In this document: positions 24,991 to 38,318 of the stretch, piece by piece
Position numbering within the stretch: the first letter of the stretch is position 1
How the letters are laid out: each line of letters starts with the position of its first letter
Source of the DNA: Mantamonas sphyraenae STR306
Taxonomy: Eukaryota; Protista; CRuMs
NCBI GenBank assembly: GCA_026936335.1
Contig: JAPMXV010000006.1
Location: 186,001 to 250,000 of the forward strand
Length of the DNA stretch: 64,000 nt
Reading direction: 5' to 3'
Notes under the pieces: generated by a model
What the model was told of the DNA's origin: nothing
The model's input: the letters and a program-made list of their open reading frames with translations, nothing else
Databases searched by the model: none
Translations under genes and position numbers: made by a program

Positions 24991-27192
24991 ATGAGCACCA
25001 GTGGACACAAGGTGGTGCTGTCGCAAGGCTCATCGTCAAGGACACCCAACTATTCTGCGCTCATGCTGGGCGATGGTGCCAACTTTGAGCCTCGCCGCGA
25101 ACAGTTGTCGTCGTCAAGCAACGCCCGAAACGAGGGCAAGCAGACGGTGCGAGCGGGCGATCTGCCAATGGTGACTAGCAGTCTGGTGGGCGAGCGGTTG
25201 TTGAGCCAACACCAGGACGGTAGCGTGCAGCTGGGCATGCTGCTGGGCACACCCAACACGGAACCGACGCCACTGCGGTCCAAGTCGCCCAGCGGCAACG
25301 GGCCGTCCAAATCCACGCTGCTGGACGAGGAGTGGTTTGTAGACATGTTTGACAAGCGGCCCAAGGGTGCTGCCACACGCAAGAAAAAGGGACGGGCTCG
25401 AGCCGGCAGTGTGCGTCAGGCTCTGGACTCGAGCTACGGAGCTCACAAGGACAACGTCAACCTGCGCGTGTCCACATCACACCGCAGCCGACGCAGCCCG
25501 TCGCCCAGCCCACGCTCCAGGCATGGTTCGTCCAGTAGCAATGGTGGCAAGGCCTCCACCACTGTCGAGGACAGTGCAGGGGGCACCAGCTTCCGCACAC
25601 TGCGAGATGCCGATCTGGTCGACGCCTCCCCCAGCGCTGAGGAGGCGTTGAGCATGCAGGAAAGCAGGGACCGATGGCAAGATCTGCTCAAGCGATTCGA
25701 CAAGCTGACCGAACCGGACAATCACACGTATGTGAGCCGGACGATCCTAGAAAGGCAAGGCAAGCTGCGGGAAGCTCGCCTGGCCTCTCTCACAGCGCCG
25801 CCCACAGAGCTTGCCAAGGCCAAGAGGGCGCCCAAAAAGAAGCGACAGGGTAGCAAGTCACGTGGCAAGGGCAAGGGACGGGGTACAGCACGCAAGGGAA
25901 GGCGTGGGAGCAAGAAACGGGAAGAGAAAGAGGTAACGGTCGAGCTTCCATTTTCGGCACAAGCGTACATGGCGGCGGTGAAGGATATTGAGGAGCTGCC
26001 GTTTTCAAAGCACACGCTGCCCGGTCGCAAGAAGCAGGGTGGAGAGCTGCACGACGTGACACTGACGGAATTGCTGGAAACCGGGGTCAAGGAGGTGATG
26101 GTGCCGCTGGAGAAGCTGTGGACGTTGCATGCCAGCGACACGGCCGAGGATGCGTTTGACCTGCTGTTCTCCAAGTCGGTGTTGTCGGTGCCTGTGATTG
26201 ATTACAGCACGACGTGTCTGGGCTTTGTGGATATGCTGGATTTGGTGGCTTTCACGATGGAACACCTGCAATCGCGCCTAGAACTGCATGAGGCGGCCAA
26301 CAAGGGCTCCATGTTTGACTTTATTCCCGAGTGTCCCGTGCTGGACGTGATGGATTTGAGCGAGCGCAACCCGTATGTGAGCGTGAGCGTGGACACGCCG
26401 ATGCTGCGTGTGGTGAAGGAGCTTGTGCACGTACACCGCGTGGCTGTGGTGGACCAGATGAACCGCATGGTGGGTTTGGTGTCGCAGTCCACAGTGGCCG
26501 AGTGGCTGCTGAAGCACATCCACTCGGTCAAGACAACGCTGTTTGATCGCACGACGGAGGAAGAGTACGACGGCGGACGGTCACGAGTGGTATCGGTGAC
26601 CGACACATGGACCGCTCTCGATGTGTTTCACCTCTTGTTTGACAAGGAGATCTCAGGGGTGCCAATTGTGGACGCTCGGGGCACGGTTCAGGACACGTGC
26701 AGCGCGACAGACCTGCGCGGGATGCAGGGCAACCTACTGCTGCTGGACGCACGTGTGGAGGAGTTTCTGCAGGCGTCGCGTAAGAACATGCGTGAGCGTG
26801 AAAAGGTGAATCATGGCAAGCGACGCACGTCGCAGAGCAGGGAAGTTGCGCGGCTGGTGTACGCGCGACCCAAGTCGACCCTCAAGGTGATTCTGCAGAA
26901 GCTGGTGGTGCACCACCTGCACCGCATGTTTGTGTTGGATGCCAACATGCGCCCGTGGGCTGTGGTGACCCTCACCGATATCATGCGCTCCGTCTTGAAT
27001 CAGCACGAGGCCGACGAGCTTGAGAGGAAGCAGCAGCAGGAAGAGGACAACGACGAGCAGGAGCAGCAGTCAAGCAACGACGGTGAATCGTCGTCCTCCA
27101 CCGCTTCCAAGGGTCAAGCCGGCAGTGCGGGAGCGCGTCTTGGACAGCGCCTGGTGACCCTGACACGGATGCGCACAGGGGCAGGATGGTGA
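24991..27192 (+). CDS. CBS-domain protein (four CBS, AMPK-gamma/Sds23-like) with long disordered basic N-terminus
   Basis: AFDLLFSKSVLSVPVID...GFVDMLDLV, VHRVAVVD...GLVSQSTV, ISGVPIVD..SATDLRG, HLHRMFVLD...VVTLTDIM. Confidence 0.8.
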   Translation: MSTSGHKVVLSQGSSSRTPNYSALMLGDGANFEPRREQLSSSSNARNEGKQTVRAGDLPMVTSSLVGERLLSQHQDGSVQLGMLLGTPNTEPTPLRSKSPSGNGPSKSTLLDEEWFVDMFDKRPKGAATRKKKGRARAGSVRQALDSSYGAHKDNVNLRVSTSHRSRRSPSPSPRSRHGSSSSNGGKASTTVEDSAGGTSFRTLRDADLVDASPSAEEALSMQESRDRWQDLLKRFDKLTEPDNHTYVSRTILERQGKLREARLASLTAPPTELAKAKRAPKKKRQGSKSRGKGKGRGTARKGRRGSKKREEKEVTVELPFSAQAYMAAVKDIEELPFSKHTLPGRKKQGGELHDVTLTELLETGVKEVMVPLEKLWTLHASDTAEDAFDLLFSKSVLSVPVIDYSTTCLGFVDMLDLVAFTMEHLQSRLELHEAANKGSMFDFIPECPVLDVMDLSERNPYVSVSVDTPMLRVVKELVHVHRVAVVDQMNRMVGLVSQSTVAEWLLKHIHSVKTTLFDRTTEEEYDGGRSRVVSVTDTWTALDVFHLLFDKEISGVPIVDARGTVQDTCSATDLRGMQGNLLLLDARVEEFLQASRKNMREREKVNHGKRRTSQSREVARLVYARPKSTLKVILQKLVVHHLHRMFVLDANMRPWAVVTLTDIMRSVLNQHEADELERKQQQEEDNDEQEQQSSNDGESSSSTASKGQAGSAGARLGQRLVTLTRMRTGAGW

Positions 27193-27291
27193 GCCGGATG
27201 CGAGTGGACAAGGGAGGAATGCGAACAAAGCCCAATAATGCACACACCAAAGTCGAAACACACACACACACTCACCCTGGACCAAACAAAG

Positions 27292-30200
27292 ATGTCTCGG
27301 TGGAAGAAGCCCGACGAGTCTCTCCAATTTGCAGAGGTCCACGAGAGCATCTCGTCGATGGCCAGCAACCGGAATGAGCATCAGGTGGCCATGAACGAGA
27401 CGCAGACGTCTGTAGAGGCGCAGGACTACCTGCGGACACTGCAGAAGCGGAATCGGCTGCTTCGCAACCTGAAATTGGGCAAACGACGCACGCCCGGCAA
27501 GACACTGCTGGGCATGACGTCGACACCGCAGCGCAAGGCGTCTCATGAGGGAGAAACAGAAGAGGAGCGACAGAAGAGGTTGGAGGCGCTGGAGCAGGTG
27601 CGCATGCAGCGGGAAGGGCGTTTGTGGAGACCGGCCGAAGAACGGTTTCGAGGCGAGAATTGGCCGACGACTGACAGCGAGAAACGCATGCACACAGGGG
27701 TTTTCGCCGTATGTAAACGGCGCCAACGCAGATCTGCCCGTGTTTCAGAACCAAGGGTCGCGCAGGAGACACTCGCACAAAAGCGGAAGCAGCAGAAAGG
27801 GCAAGTTGTGCACCGTGGGCGTCGCGGTTGGCGGGAACCAAGCGTTGACACAGGGAAAACGTCGCACACGCACACGGCACACACACACAGGCGGATCTAC
27901 AATGGGCACACCACAGCCGAGCAAAGGGTCTGTGAGCGAACGCAGTGTGCGGCGGAAGTGGGAGACACCGGAAACGGGCGGGCGGCAAGCACTGGCACAA
28001 ACTGAGCGCAGCGGCGGATTCGACGGCCTGGACAGGGACAAGGATGAGGGCGGGGGACGCAACGGGGTGCGCGCCAAATTGTTTGGGCGTGGCGGACCGC
28101 TGAAAGGACCCATGGGACGGTACACGGAAGAGGAAAGCGAGAGCGAAAGCGACGGAGACACCAAGGACAACGAGTCAGACTCGAGCGGGTTTGAGGACGA
28201 CTTTGACGACGAGGACGACTTTATGGAGGCTGGTCACAACTTTTTGGGGGGCGACAAGGCACAGTTTGTGGTCAACTCGCCCGTGGTGGTGAAGCCGCTG
28301 AAGCTGAGCCGAGGGGAGCTGAAGGAGATGCGCAAGTCGCTGGAGGAGTTGCACACGAGCATAGAGGAGGAACAGTTTGAAGATGCGTTTGACAAGGCGG
28401 TACGCGAGGCGCAAGCTCTTCAGGGCCAGCAGCAGCAGCAGGTGATGGAGATGCAGAGCGGCTCGGCGCGCCCAGGTGGCAGGTTGCAAAGCGCACGAAG
28501 GAAAACACAGAGCAAGGGCAACGAGGGAGAAGAAACACAACTGGAGGATCTCGCAGGATTGGCAGCAGCCATGATGGAGGAAAATGCACGCATCAAGGCG
28601 GCACTACTGAACTTGCAAGACGGCGCCGACGCCGAAGAGGTTGAGGACAATGTACAGACAAAAGAACTGGAGCACGAGGACGGCGCCCCCCATGACGAGG
28701 AGCAGAAGGTGGTCACCGAAGATCCCTATTCGCAACAGGAGGAGGCTATGCACACGCCGAGCCCGAAACGATGGCGTGTGGATGCTCTGCGGGTGGAGAT
28801 AAGCTCGGACGACGGAGGAGGCGATCAGCCGCGGCAAGGGGTGCCTTCACCGCAGGATTTGCTTCTGCAGTTGAACCAAAGGCTGAAGCAATTGGACAAA
28901 AAGAAGCTGTCGTACCTGATGGGAGTGCTGGACGACTTGGAAACAAACGGATCACCGGTGCAACTGCGCGAGCGTGAGACGAAGCCATTCGAACTGCCAG
29001 AACAGGTTGATACACCAGAGACACGCGACACACTGAACATGAGCAATGATGAGGAGCCGGAGAAGGACGACGAGGTGGAGGATGGAGAGGAGGAGGAGCA
29101 GCAGCAGCAGCAGAGCCGATGACTAGGCTTCAATCGACGCAGGAGCTGGCGGGCAAGTCACAGGTCCAGGGCGAGACGGAAGACGATTGGCAGGTTTTGT
29201 TGCACATACGCAGCAACTGGGGACATGCTGAGCGAGTGGGACTTGCTGGTGTGGAGCTTGTGGATGAGGAAGGACGTGTGATGCAGTTGGGAGCATCCAA
29301 CATCCGGCTGACAAGCATGCAGGATCCGCGTGTTGCAAGGCTTGTGGATGGGGTAAACAGTACCCAGGACGAGGAACACATGTGGAGCACGGCGATGGAC
29401 ACGCGCAAGGGTGTGCGTGTCATTATCACCCCGGAGCGAGGGCGGCGTGTTGCAGAGGTGCGCCTATGGAACTACAGCGCTGGGTACGAAAAGACAAGCA
29501 TGGGAGTGCGCGACGTGGATGTTTTTGTCAACGGGAGGCTGGAAGCAGCGTGGATCGGGTCTGTGGACAGAGGCAGCGGCAAAGCAGCGCTGGTTCCCTC
29601 GGCCACAGCAACGCTGATCAAGGCAAATCCACGCGTAGCCTCTGTGGATTCGTCTTTGGATGACAGCATGGACGAGGGCGAGTCATCGCTCTCTGCACAG
29701 CTTGCACTTCTGCGGGCGGCTCGGGAGAAACAAGCGCAGCGAGCTCAAACGTCGTCCATGTCATCGAATAGCCGATCCGACGCAGGCCATTCTGAGAACG
29801 ACGAAGACAGCATGTTTTGGACGGCTCTGGACGCGGATGTGGGTGAAGACGAAAACGAAGAGGAGCAGGAGCAGGAGCAGGAAGCAAGCCGTGCACCTGC
29901 CTCGGCGAGGTCGCAACAATCAGCCAGTGCGGGCGATGAGGATGTGCAGCATGCTGCAGAGGCCGCCGGCAATCGCACAGAAGCATCCACGGCACAAGCT
30001 GCACAGTCGCTCTTTGACACAGACTGGACACAAGAGATGGCCGAGCAAAGGCGGCAGCAAGAACAGCAACCGGCGCCGACGATGGATTGGGAATTGGATG
30101 TGGAGATCAACCAGGAGTTTGAAATTCCCCTTCTGCCGAAAGGAAGGTGCTTGAGCATCAACGTGCTTGCAAACTGGGGTGATCCGTACTTTGTAGGCTT

Positions 30201-32612
30201 GACGGGCATCGAGCTGTTTGACGACTCTGGCAGCATGGTGACGCTGAGCATGCCTGAACACCAAATCATGGCTGACCCCGCGGACTTGAATGTGCTGGAT
30301 GAGTACAGCGACGACCCCAGGGTGGCCATGAATGTGATGGACGGGACAGTGCGCACGTGCGACGCAAAGCACATGTGGATGGCGCCGTTCACTGCGGGCC
30401 AGAACCACATGCTGGTGATCAACTTTGACGACGAAACTTGCCTTGCCATGATGCGCGTGTGGAACTACAACCGTTCACGCACAGATTCGTACCGAGGGGC
30501 ACGTCTCGTGCGCGTGATGCTCGATGACACGCTGATCTTTGAAGGCGAAATTGCGCGCGCCTCTGGCATCCTCTCCGAAGACATCGGCGACGTGAGCGAC
30601 ACGATCCTGTTTACTCTGGACGACGAGATCCTGGAGCGGGTGGCAGCAAACGACCCGTGGGCACAGGGGGTGGAAACGGAAGCGGACACAGAAGATACCA
30701 CCCACACGCAGAGCCACAACAACGACAGCAGCTCATGGATCACGCCAGCAAACTATGCACGGCCAAACACGGCCACGAAACGGACCATGATGGGCAACCT
30801 GGACATGCGCGAGTCTGTACAGCTGCAGTTCAATGCACAGCTGATCCGTCCCATGACGGCAGTGGCCCTGACGCCACGGATGAGCCTGGAGCACGCAGCG
30901 CAGACGTACATGAAGCAACAGAGCAGCAAGAGCAGCAAGAGCAGCCACAGCAGACGTCGGTGGCTTCTGAGGAATCCGTAATCGAGGACGGAGAGGATGC
31001 GTCGCATGTGCCGCAGCCGTCGCTCGAGCCCGAGAGCATGGTAGGAACACAAGCGCCCATGGATGCATTTCGCGACGACCAAGTGGCGCTGGAATACCTG
31101 CCCGTGTGTTTGGATCCGGCGCAGATGCATTTCCCGGTGGCTCAGCGCATCCGCTTTGTGTTTCGGGACAATTGGGGTGATTCGACGTACATGGGCCTTG
31201 GAGGCATCCGTGTGCTGGACAGCCAGTTCCAACCCATGTATATCCGCGTGGAGAGTGTGAGTGCCAGCCCAAAGGACATGAGTTCGGTGAGTGCCAACGA
31301 CCCGCAGCTGCTAGCGAATGTGCTGAGCGAACCCTTGGTCAGCACACGTGTGGAGGACCACTGGATGATTCCATACCAGAAACGGGGCACACACGTACTG
31401 AGTATCAACTTGGGCTCTCCTGTGGCCATTGGCGCCCTGCAGTTTTGGAACTACAACGTCGAAGGCGAGTCGAAGCGCGGAGTCAAGCATCTGGACATCC
31501 ATCTGGACGACGTGCAAATCACAGGCGAGGAAGGTTACGTGCTGCGCCGTGCCCCGGAGATCGACAGTTTCCAGTACGGCCAGTGCATGCTGTGCTGTGT
31601 GCCTGGTGAACAGGTGCGTGGGCCGAGCGTGGGCCTGGCCGCAGCCGAAGCTGGAGCCCCGCAGCCGTTTTCGTCGCCTGTGCACACGCAAGCGGCCAAA
31701 GACGACATCCTTCCCGACCTGGAAGGGTACTTTGGATGCGTGGATGAGTATGTGAGTGAGGCGGTGGAGCGAGCACGCGAAGAAGCCAGACAACGGGGCG
31801 GCGTCGTGGATCAGGAGTACGAAACACCTGTGTTGCCCACATGCATGATGATCCAACTGAACCTGCTGTCCACATGGGGTGATCCGTACTACATGGGCAT
31901 GAACGGTGTCGAGGTGTACGACTATGCAGGGGACCTTGTGGAGTTGACGGCGGAGTGTGTTGCGGCAGTGCCCGACAGCGTTGACAACGACACACGCACA
32001 CCGGAAAAGCTGCTCGACGGGGTCAACCACACGCTGGACGACCAGCACATGTGGCTGGCACCGTGGGAGCCAGGCCAAGTCAACCGTGTGTACCTGTGCT
32101 TCGATTCGCCCACCACCGTGGCCATGATCAAGCTGTGGAACTACAGCAAGACGCCCACACGAGGTGTGCGCGACTTGGAAATCATCATGGATCACCAACT
32201 GGTGTTTCGTGGCATCGTGCGTCCTGCCCCAGGTCTGCAGGCATCCAACAAGAAGTCCGTCGGTGGCACGGACTCCTCCTCCTCCTCCTCCTCGTCAGCG
32301 ACAAAGACGGCGCAGCAGATTTTGGAAGAGGACAGCGACGACGACGACGACGAGGAACGCGAACAGAACAGAACTGGGCTGCTGTCCCACGACGGCCAGT
32401 CACTGCCCGAGTTTGCACACTCGGTGCTGTTCAGCACAGATCCTGAACTGGTGGCTGCGGAGGAGACCCACGTCGTCAAGGCAGCCAGCACGCGACAGGA
32501 CGTGCAATTTTGCAACGAAGGCACTGTTGTGATGCCTTTCAAGGAGAAGCAGAGAACACAGCATGCGTCGTTTGCGCAAGCGAGACCGACCACAGCAGTG
32601 GCTCGTCGCTGA
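27292..32612 (+). CDS. KATNIP: Katanin-interacting protein KIAA0556 (four DUF4457-type domains); intron 27598-27697; apparent frameshifts near 29113 and 30921
   Basis: N-terminal YLRTLQKRNRLL...LEQGFSPYVNGAN after splicing. Four repeats of (N/T)WG....GL.G(I/V)E...W......(L/V/F)WNY(N/S)....RG. Confidence 0.9.
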
Positions 32613-32650
32613 CCCCGTCCGAACCAACAAAAACCTTCATTACACACGAC

Positions 32651-35600
32651 ATGAGCGGTAGCAATCGAGCATCCACAGTGTCGTCGTCGCCCGCGGCGTC
32701 ACCGCCGTTCTCCAACAAGAGCGGCTTTGACGGACGAGCGTCTGGCGGCGTGACGAGCGCAAACTTTCACAGCCGAGGTGAGTGGTGTGCCACAGAGCCC
32801 CACCAGCCATGTCCCAGCCACACACATCCAGTTTGCGCTGTGAACCCGCGGTGGTGGCCCATGTGACGTGTGGAGAGGGAGGTGGTGCATGACGCTGACT
32901 CCGGATTTTTGCCAACGCGCCAAAAAAAAAACTCGGCCGCAACGGCAGCCGCGTCGTCGCACTCATCCGGCGGCGGGAGCGAGGGACAGATGAGCGGTGG
33001 GGCATTCAACACGGGCGGATTCGACACGACGGCGACCAGCAGCGACACGTCGGGCATGGCAGCACACCACATGACGAACCTGACGGGGATTTCCAACATG
33101 AGCTCGGTGCGGCCGCCGCGGCAACCAGCAGGCGTCGAGACAAGCGCAGCAGGCAGCACCGGCGGTGGTGGTGGTGGTGGTGGTGGAGGAGGAGGAGGCG
33201 ACTTTATGGATTCGATGGGTGACATGCACGCGTCGGGAGCCGAGTCGTCGTCGTCGAGCAGCGCGGCCATGTCTGGGGATGGGGTTGGGATGAACGACGA
33301 CAAACGCAAGCCGTATTCGCGCATGCGCAAGGACGAGCTGGAGTCGCGCATCAACGCCTGGGCGGCAGGCACTGCGTTTGACCCGCCTCCCGAGGAAGAG
33401 TCAACCAACAGCTCTGGAGCTAGGTCGGGAGGCTACTACAGCGACCTGATGGATGACGACGAACCGGGCACAAACAGCCTGTTGGAACGCGCAGAGCAAC
33501 AGCCAACAAACACACAGGATCTGCAAGCACAGCTGGCCAAGCAGCAGGCATACATTCAGCAGACAATGATGCGCCAGCAAGCGGGGGGCATCTACCTGCG
33601 GGACAACGGCGACGCAGAAATCCCAGGCGATTGGAACAAGGTGAACGATTTGGCACGCTCGCAGGGGCTCATGGAACTGATGCTGAGCGAGGACGACGCC
33701 GGACGGCCCATGCTGGTCACGAGCAGCAAGGGACTGGTGCAGTTCCTTGTGCAGCTGCTGCAGGAGACCGGTTTGACGGCACAGAAGTACGCAGAGGCGC
33801 AAAAGGAGATTGCCACGCTGCGTTCGCACAAGCAGGAAATGAGCCGAACGCTGCAGGATGCCAACGAGCGACTGCAGGCACACCAGGAGGAGACGGAAAC
33901 GGAGGGCAAGCAGGTGGGTGAGTCGCTGAGGCGATCGGAGAACCGCAACCGGGCGCTGCAGATGCGCTGTGGCCAGCTGGACAGCCAAGTGAAGGAGCTG
34001 GAACAGGTGGTGGACGACCTCCGTGAACGCCTTCGTTCGGCGGTGGCCAAGCAGGAGGCACGGCTGGAACGGGACCGGGAACTGTTCCAGCAGCTGCACG
34101 GGCGCACGCCGCGCATCAAGTCCACTCGAGATCACTACGTGCTGGAAATCATTTCCATGTACGAAACACAGCGGCTGAACAGCGAGCACGAGCTGGAGTT
34201 TCTGCGCGAAGAGGTGCGCAGGCTCAACAGGCACCTCATCGACACGGGGGGCGATTCGGGCACCTTCCGCGCCACAACCACAGCTTCGTCGTCGTCCTCA
34301 TCTTCGTCGGGTGGCTCGCGTCGCATGGGCGGCGCCGGCACAGGGTCGGCGTCGGACGAGTATGCAGACGATGACATGGACGACAGCGAAGGAATCGGGG
34401 CCAAGCTGCGCCGCATCAACAAGGACTCGGAGATGGAGACTCTGCGGCGCGAGAACCAGCGTCTGCGTGACGAGATGTACGGCGGACGGCCGATTGTGAA
34501 CGGGAGCAGCAGTGGCATGACGGGCGGTGGTGGCGGCGGCGGAAACAGCAGCGGCCACGGAAACAACCTGCAGTCGATGATGAAGGACAGCAGCGCGTGG
34601 GATCCGTTCTACAATGAGAGTAGGGGTGGTAGCAGTGGCAAGGGCAAGGGCCGCGGACACGCCGAAGCGATCCGCAGGGATCGTGCCAATTTCAAGTTGA
34701 AGAAGCGCATGGACAAGGTGCCGTACGACATCTGCAAGCAGACGCTGGTGGACGTGTGTGCGGTGTTGGACCTGCACGACATTACGCAGATCCTGCCGGT
34801 GCTGAAGAAGCTGAAAAAGGTGATCACGGCAGTGCCCAAGATGGAGGGCTTTGTGCGAGAGATCTTTGAGGTGATGCAGATGGCCCAGCACGACTTGATC
34901 AAATCGTACAAGATCCAAAAGCCAGACGACATTGTGACGACGCTGAAGCTGTGGATTCGGGACATGAACGAGATGCACGAACTGCAGCAGTTCAAGAACA
35001 TGGTCATCCGCGAGCTGCGCCGCCGCAGGCTGGAGCCCATCGAGTATCCGTATGAAGAGGAGGGCAGCGAAGAGTGGAGCACGTTCAAGGTGATCAGCGT
35101 GATCAAGGACCTGGTGATGGAGGAGAACCAGACGGTGATGACGACGCAATTGACGCAGGATGCGCAGGCGTTGATCAAGGGACAGCCCGACCAGCTGGTG
35201 TCCAAGATTGTGTTGCATTTCCAGCACCTGTTTGACGTGAAGGACGTGAGCGGCGTGCTGCCCAAGATGAACGAGCTGTACCTGCAGCTGGGCGAGGTGC
35301 ACAACGCGATGAAGGTGCTGCGTTCGCTGCTGGGTCTGGAGTCGACGGCGCCGTTGCATTCTGTGCTGGCGGCTGTGCGCACGGTGCTGCAGGAGGAGGG
35401 CGAGGGCGAAGTGGCAGAGTACATGCTGGACGACTCGAGCAAGAAGACGTCGATCGACGCCGACGCAGTGTCGCTGGCCAAACACGCCCAGGTGACGAAC
35501 CGCATGTGCCAGGTGCTGCAAGTGGACAACCTGCGCGATTTGATGATTCTGTTTGAGCGCATGGTGGACAGGGTGAACAAGTACGACGACGTGTTCCCGC

Positions 35601-35701
35601 AGCTGCAGACCATCATCAGCGCACTCATGAAAACCCTCAAGGTGAGTGAGGTGGAGGACATTGTGCCCAACGTCAAGGCGCTGCTGAGTGGATACGCGTG
35701 A
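32651..35701 (+). CDS. CEP70: Centrosomal protein CEP70-like; intron 32778-32948
   Basis: Coiled coil, LFQQLHGRTP...DHYVLEIISMYE, and C-terminal IVLHFQHLFDVKDVSGVLPKMNELYLQLGEVHNA, which I recognise as CEP70. Intron phases match. Confidence 0.8.
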
Positions 35702-35762
35702 GTGAAGCATTAAAAGAGCTTCTTGAGGATGACCCACGCGCCCGACGATCCAAACCCCAATC

Positions 35763-38273
35763 ATGTCTCGTTTTCCGTGGGTGGCCATGTTTTTGCTTGT
35801 GGCAACGGTGGTGCACGCATCGAAAGCGTCAACAAGTGTGGTATTTGTCCGTACGGGTGAACACACGGTGGAGCTGAGTGAGTTGGGCGGCGTGATTGCC
35901 GAAGCTGCTGCTTCTGCCGCACCCAACCAGCCCGTGTGGGTGGTAGACTGCTCCGCGCAGACAGTCCACTTGTCTCCGGCCTTGCACAACGCCACTGTGG
36001 AGGAATTGATGGCGCATGGCGTGCAATGGATGAGTAGCAAGGGCAAGTTGACGCCAACGCAAGTGACGAATGGTGCACGCTACGTCGCCGTGGCGTGTCC
36101 CCTGGTTTCACGAGCCATCCATGCAATTGTACAAGCCGACGAAAGCGCGTGGGTGACCCTTATGTCGGCACAGTCGAGGTACGTTGTGGAATGGAGGCGG
36201 TGTGTGTCGCACAGGGTGCGAAAAACGCGCTGACAGACGCGGCATGTTGGAACGAACAGCGTTCACGGGAGCGCTACACCGTGCACAGAGGCGATTGGAG
36301 ACGAGGAAGAGATGGACGAGAGTACACAAGCACTTGTGAGTGTGAATGTGTACAGCAGCAAGGACGGCGTAGAGCGGGTGCACAGTGCCGGGGCCGACGC
36401 GGTGTGGGACGGGGCGACGCGTGCGCTGCCGCTGTTGCACAGACACGGAGAGCCCACCTCGATGCTGGGAGAAGAAGCAGACTGTGATGGACACACATGC
36501 ACACCTTTCACGGCCGGGGTGTACCACGGCATGCGTGTGCGAGCGGCGGCATGGAAAGCAGCGGTGCCTGTGAGCGCTCGGGCGACGGTGCAACAGAGTG
36601 TGGGGATGATAAGCACGCAGTTCGCAGGGGCAGTCAAGTTGATGAGGGCATGCAGGATGGAGGTGGATGCAGCAGCAGACAAGTCGTTGAAGTTGGACTG
36701 GAGTGCAGCCAGTGATGCGCAGCATAGTGCAGCGTTGGCGCGTCGCAACGAAACACAGAAGGGATGGATGGCAGACACGCTGCTGCGCTGGAATGTGCCT
36801 CGCCTGTACGAAGCCAGTGGATATGTGGACGAGGCCGCACTAGTGCTGACAGACATCAGCTCGCGGGCGGCACGCGTGGAGCTGGACACGTGGCAGTCAT
36901 GGTCAAACACGAGCCAGCAAGGGGAAGATGTGGACATTATTGCACGTGGATGCCACAACCAAGGCCAGCTGGGAGTGATGCAACGGATGGACAGGCTGAG
37001 GCAGGCCGGGATGGATTCGAGGGCAACGGATAGGGTGGCAGACGTGTATGTGAGCATGGGCATCGGGGAAGAGGCGCACGACACCGTGTGGGGAATGGTG
37101 AATGTGGTACGTACACAGCACGAGACAGATCGTATCCGCCAGCGATGGGTGCAGCGGCTGAACGAGATGGACGAAGTGTGGGTGCCGAGCGAGTTCAACC
37201 GACAGACGTTCCTGGCAAGTGCCGTGGATGAGCACAGGTTGCGTGTCTTGCCCATGCCTATCGACACACGCGTTTGGGATCCGTCACGTGTAGCTGGCCA
37301 TGAGTCCAAGTATGTGCAGGGGGATGGCGCTCGCGTGCGCCTCCTGTCCGTCTTTGAATGGACCGATCGCAAGGGGGGTGACCTGCTGGTGACCTCATTT
37401 GTGCAAGAGTTTTCACACACAGACCAAGTGCACCTGTACATCAAGAGCAACAGCTACCTCCATCGACGTCGGGAAGACGACGTCTCCAACGCAGAGGACA
37501 TTGCACGGCGCATCGATGCCCTGGTGGGCGATGTGGAGCCCGATTGGCGAGCCAGGGTGCACGTCATCGGCGATTGGATGTGTGAGGAGGAGCTTGTGCG
37601 GCTGTACGGGAGCGTGGATGCGTTTGTACTGCCGACGCGTGGTGAGGGCTTTGGCCGTGCGCTAGTGGAGGCCATGGCCATGGAATTGGTGGTGGTGACC
37701 ACAAACTGGGGAGCGCCACGCGAGTACATAGACCATGGCCACAATGGCATGCTTGTGGATGCGCAGCTGATCCGCGTATGCGACGATTGCAACACGCACA
37801 AGTTTGACGGCGACTACTTTGGTCATGTGTGGGCCGATCCGGATGTGGACGTGCTGCGAAGCGCCATGCGCAAGGTGGTGTCGCAACCCACAGCCTACGA
37901 GGTCATGCGCAAGGCTGCACGGCAAACAGTGCGTGAGCGGTTCGATGTCACGGTTGTACGGCCAATGTGGATCAAGGAGCTGTCGAGGCTGCAGGGCAAG
38001 GTGCAGCGCATGCGCGAGAGCGGAGAGTACGCAACGCTGGCGAAACGAAAGTGGGAGCAGCGCCACGCAGAAGAGTATGCCCGAGCAAGACGAATGGGCG
38101 TGTGGATGGCGGTTCTGGTTGCCATTGCCTACATCTACCTCTTTGCCTGGGAGTTTGCTTTGGATGCGTGCTACACTTGTGCATATCTCCTAACCGAGTA
38201 CCGGTGGCCCACCAAGGCGGAATTGGGCCCGGAAATGAGTGCCGATGAGATTAAGGACAAGAAAGATCTGTGA
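35763..38273 (+). CDS. GT4 glycosyltransferase with signal peptide and C-terminal TM; intron 36179-36259
   Basis: MSRFPWVAMFLLVATVVHAS; ASGY..EA, TQHETDRI..WVQRLNEMDEVWVPSEF, DRKGGDLL, DAFVLPTRGEGFGRALVEAMAM; C-terminal hydrophobic helix VWMAVLVAIAYIYLF. Confidence 0.85.
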
Positions 38274-38318
38274 GCTGATGGAACCACCCAAAACCACAAT
38301 ACAACCAACAAACACAGC

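Noticed and set aside
29190-32230. Four DUF4457-type repeats in KATNIP as a lineage-specific expansion
   Set aside because: Animal KATNIP, as I recall, also has multiple such repeats in similar arrangement, so this is not clearly unusual.
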